This document shows positions 7,119 to 7,709 of a stretch of 7,709 bases of DNA, piece after piece. A program made the translations under genes and the position numbers. Location of the stretch: NCBI RefSeq assembly GCF_000150275.1, contig NW_002061219.1, positions 1 through 7,709 on the forward strand, given 5' to 3'. Source of the DNA: Trichoplax adhaerens. Lineage: Eukaryota; Animalia; Placozoa. Below the pieces are notes generated by a model. That model saw nothing but the letters and a program-made list of their open reading frames with translations, ran no database searches and had not been told where the DNA came from. How positions within the stretch are numbered: position 1 is the first letter of the stretch; every line of letters begins with the position of its first letter.

Positions 7119-7709
7119 CTGTAACACTTAAATGATAAAAGTCAAGTCTTGATATATTTTTACATCAAAATGGATGAAGTATTCATTCTAGAATAACTTT
7201 TGGCTATTTTTTACTCATTTTTAATATGTGTAAAATAATGTAGAGAGATTTCTGACTATACTGTAAGCAAGACGATAAAGGAATGCCAAATATAATTCAA
7301 TGTTATAACAGTGTAGTAAATTAGAGAATAAAAGCCCATACGTATTAGCAACGTCAATTTTTGCAGCGAGATTGCATCAAGCTATAATTAATTCTTTTTT
7401 ATTAATAATTATAAATTCGGCTTGATAATTAATTAATACTAATTTGCATTGTCTCATATTGCACTGCCGTACAGTGTTGTTGAGTTCGCAGAATTGTCTA
7501 GCATTTGTCTGTGATCAATCTTGAAATAGTAACCGTACCCGCACCAATCAATATAATCTAATACGTATCATCGATATTACCAGCTACATGAAAGTCCCTT
7601 TAATTTGATATTTAAATTATTATTATTGTCACATACCACTAGTGACGAAGTAAGTCTACTCGGACCAACGCTAATGGAAAATGCCTCCTAATAACTAAAG
7701 AGACGAGAT

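Larger units (their letters stand above)
6280..7290 (-). pseudogene. Truncated cathepsin D/pepsin-family (A1) aspartic protease pseudogene
   Basis: A hydrophobic stretch SFIVLLTV is followed by propeptide-like ISLHYFTHIK from 7249 (cf. RIPLHKFTSIR), the DTG exon and the flap exon. Weaker colinear relics follow: KELP..FRTAK (~6570-6525), SV.DGL (~6390-6372) and YMA.QKL (~6337-6318). No second DTG lobe was found. The outer boundaries are approximate. Confidence 0.85.

Noticed and set aside
1-7709. Alternative genetic code (TAA/TAG=Gln or TGA=Trp) rescuing the interrupted frames
   Set aside because: All three stop types interrupt the frames, true frameshifts occur, and TGA terminates the CARD exon; pseudogene decay is the simpler explanation.

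Overview
AT-rich eukaryotic, very probably animal, genomic DNA with GT-AG splice sites; there is no sign of prokaryotic genes, CRISPR or RNA genes. Most ORFs in the supplied track are antisense shadows or pseudogene scraps. I read three layers. (1) A plus-strand CARD (death-fold) terminal exon, intact at 544-869, with two broken copies inside a locally triplicated block (1-885, 1681-2067, ~2070-2792). (2) A heavily decayed minus-strand pappalysin-like (M43B metzincin) sequence over ~890-6170. It seems to hold about six tandem ~0.5-0.65 kb modules, each the N-terminal part of the catalytic domain plus an LNR repeat, followed by one relic zinc-binding half (HEIG[Y], 1222-1208). (3) A truncated minus-strand cathepsin D/pepsin-family pseudogene (~7290-6280) that keeps canonical exon boundaries. 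Family assignments come from manual translation against sequences recalled from memory, with no database search. The pappalysin reading needs stops and frameshifts to be bridged, so it requires HMM confirmation.
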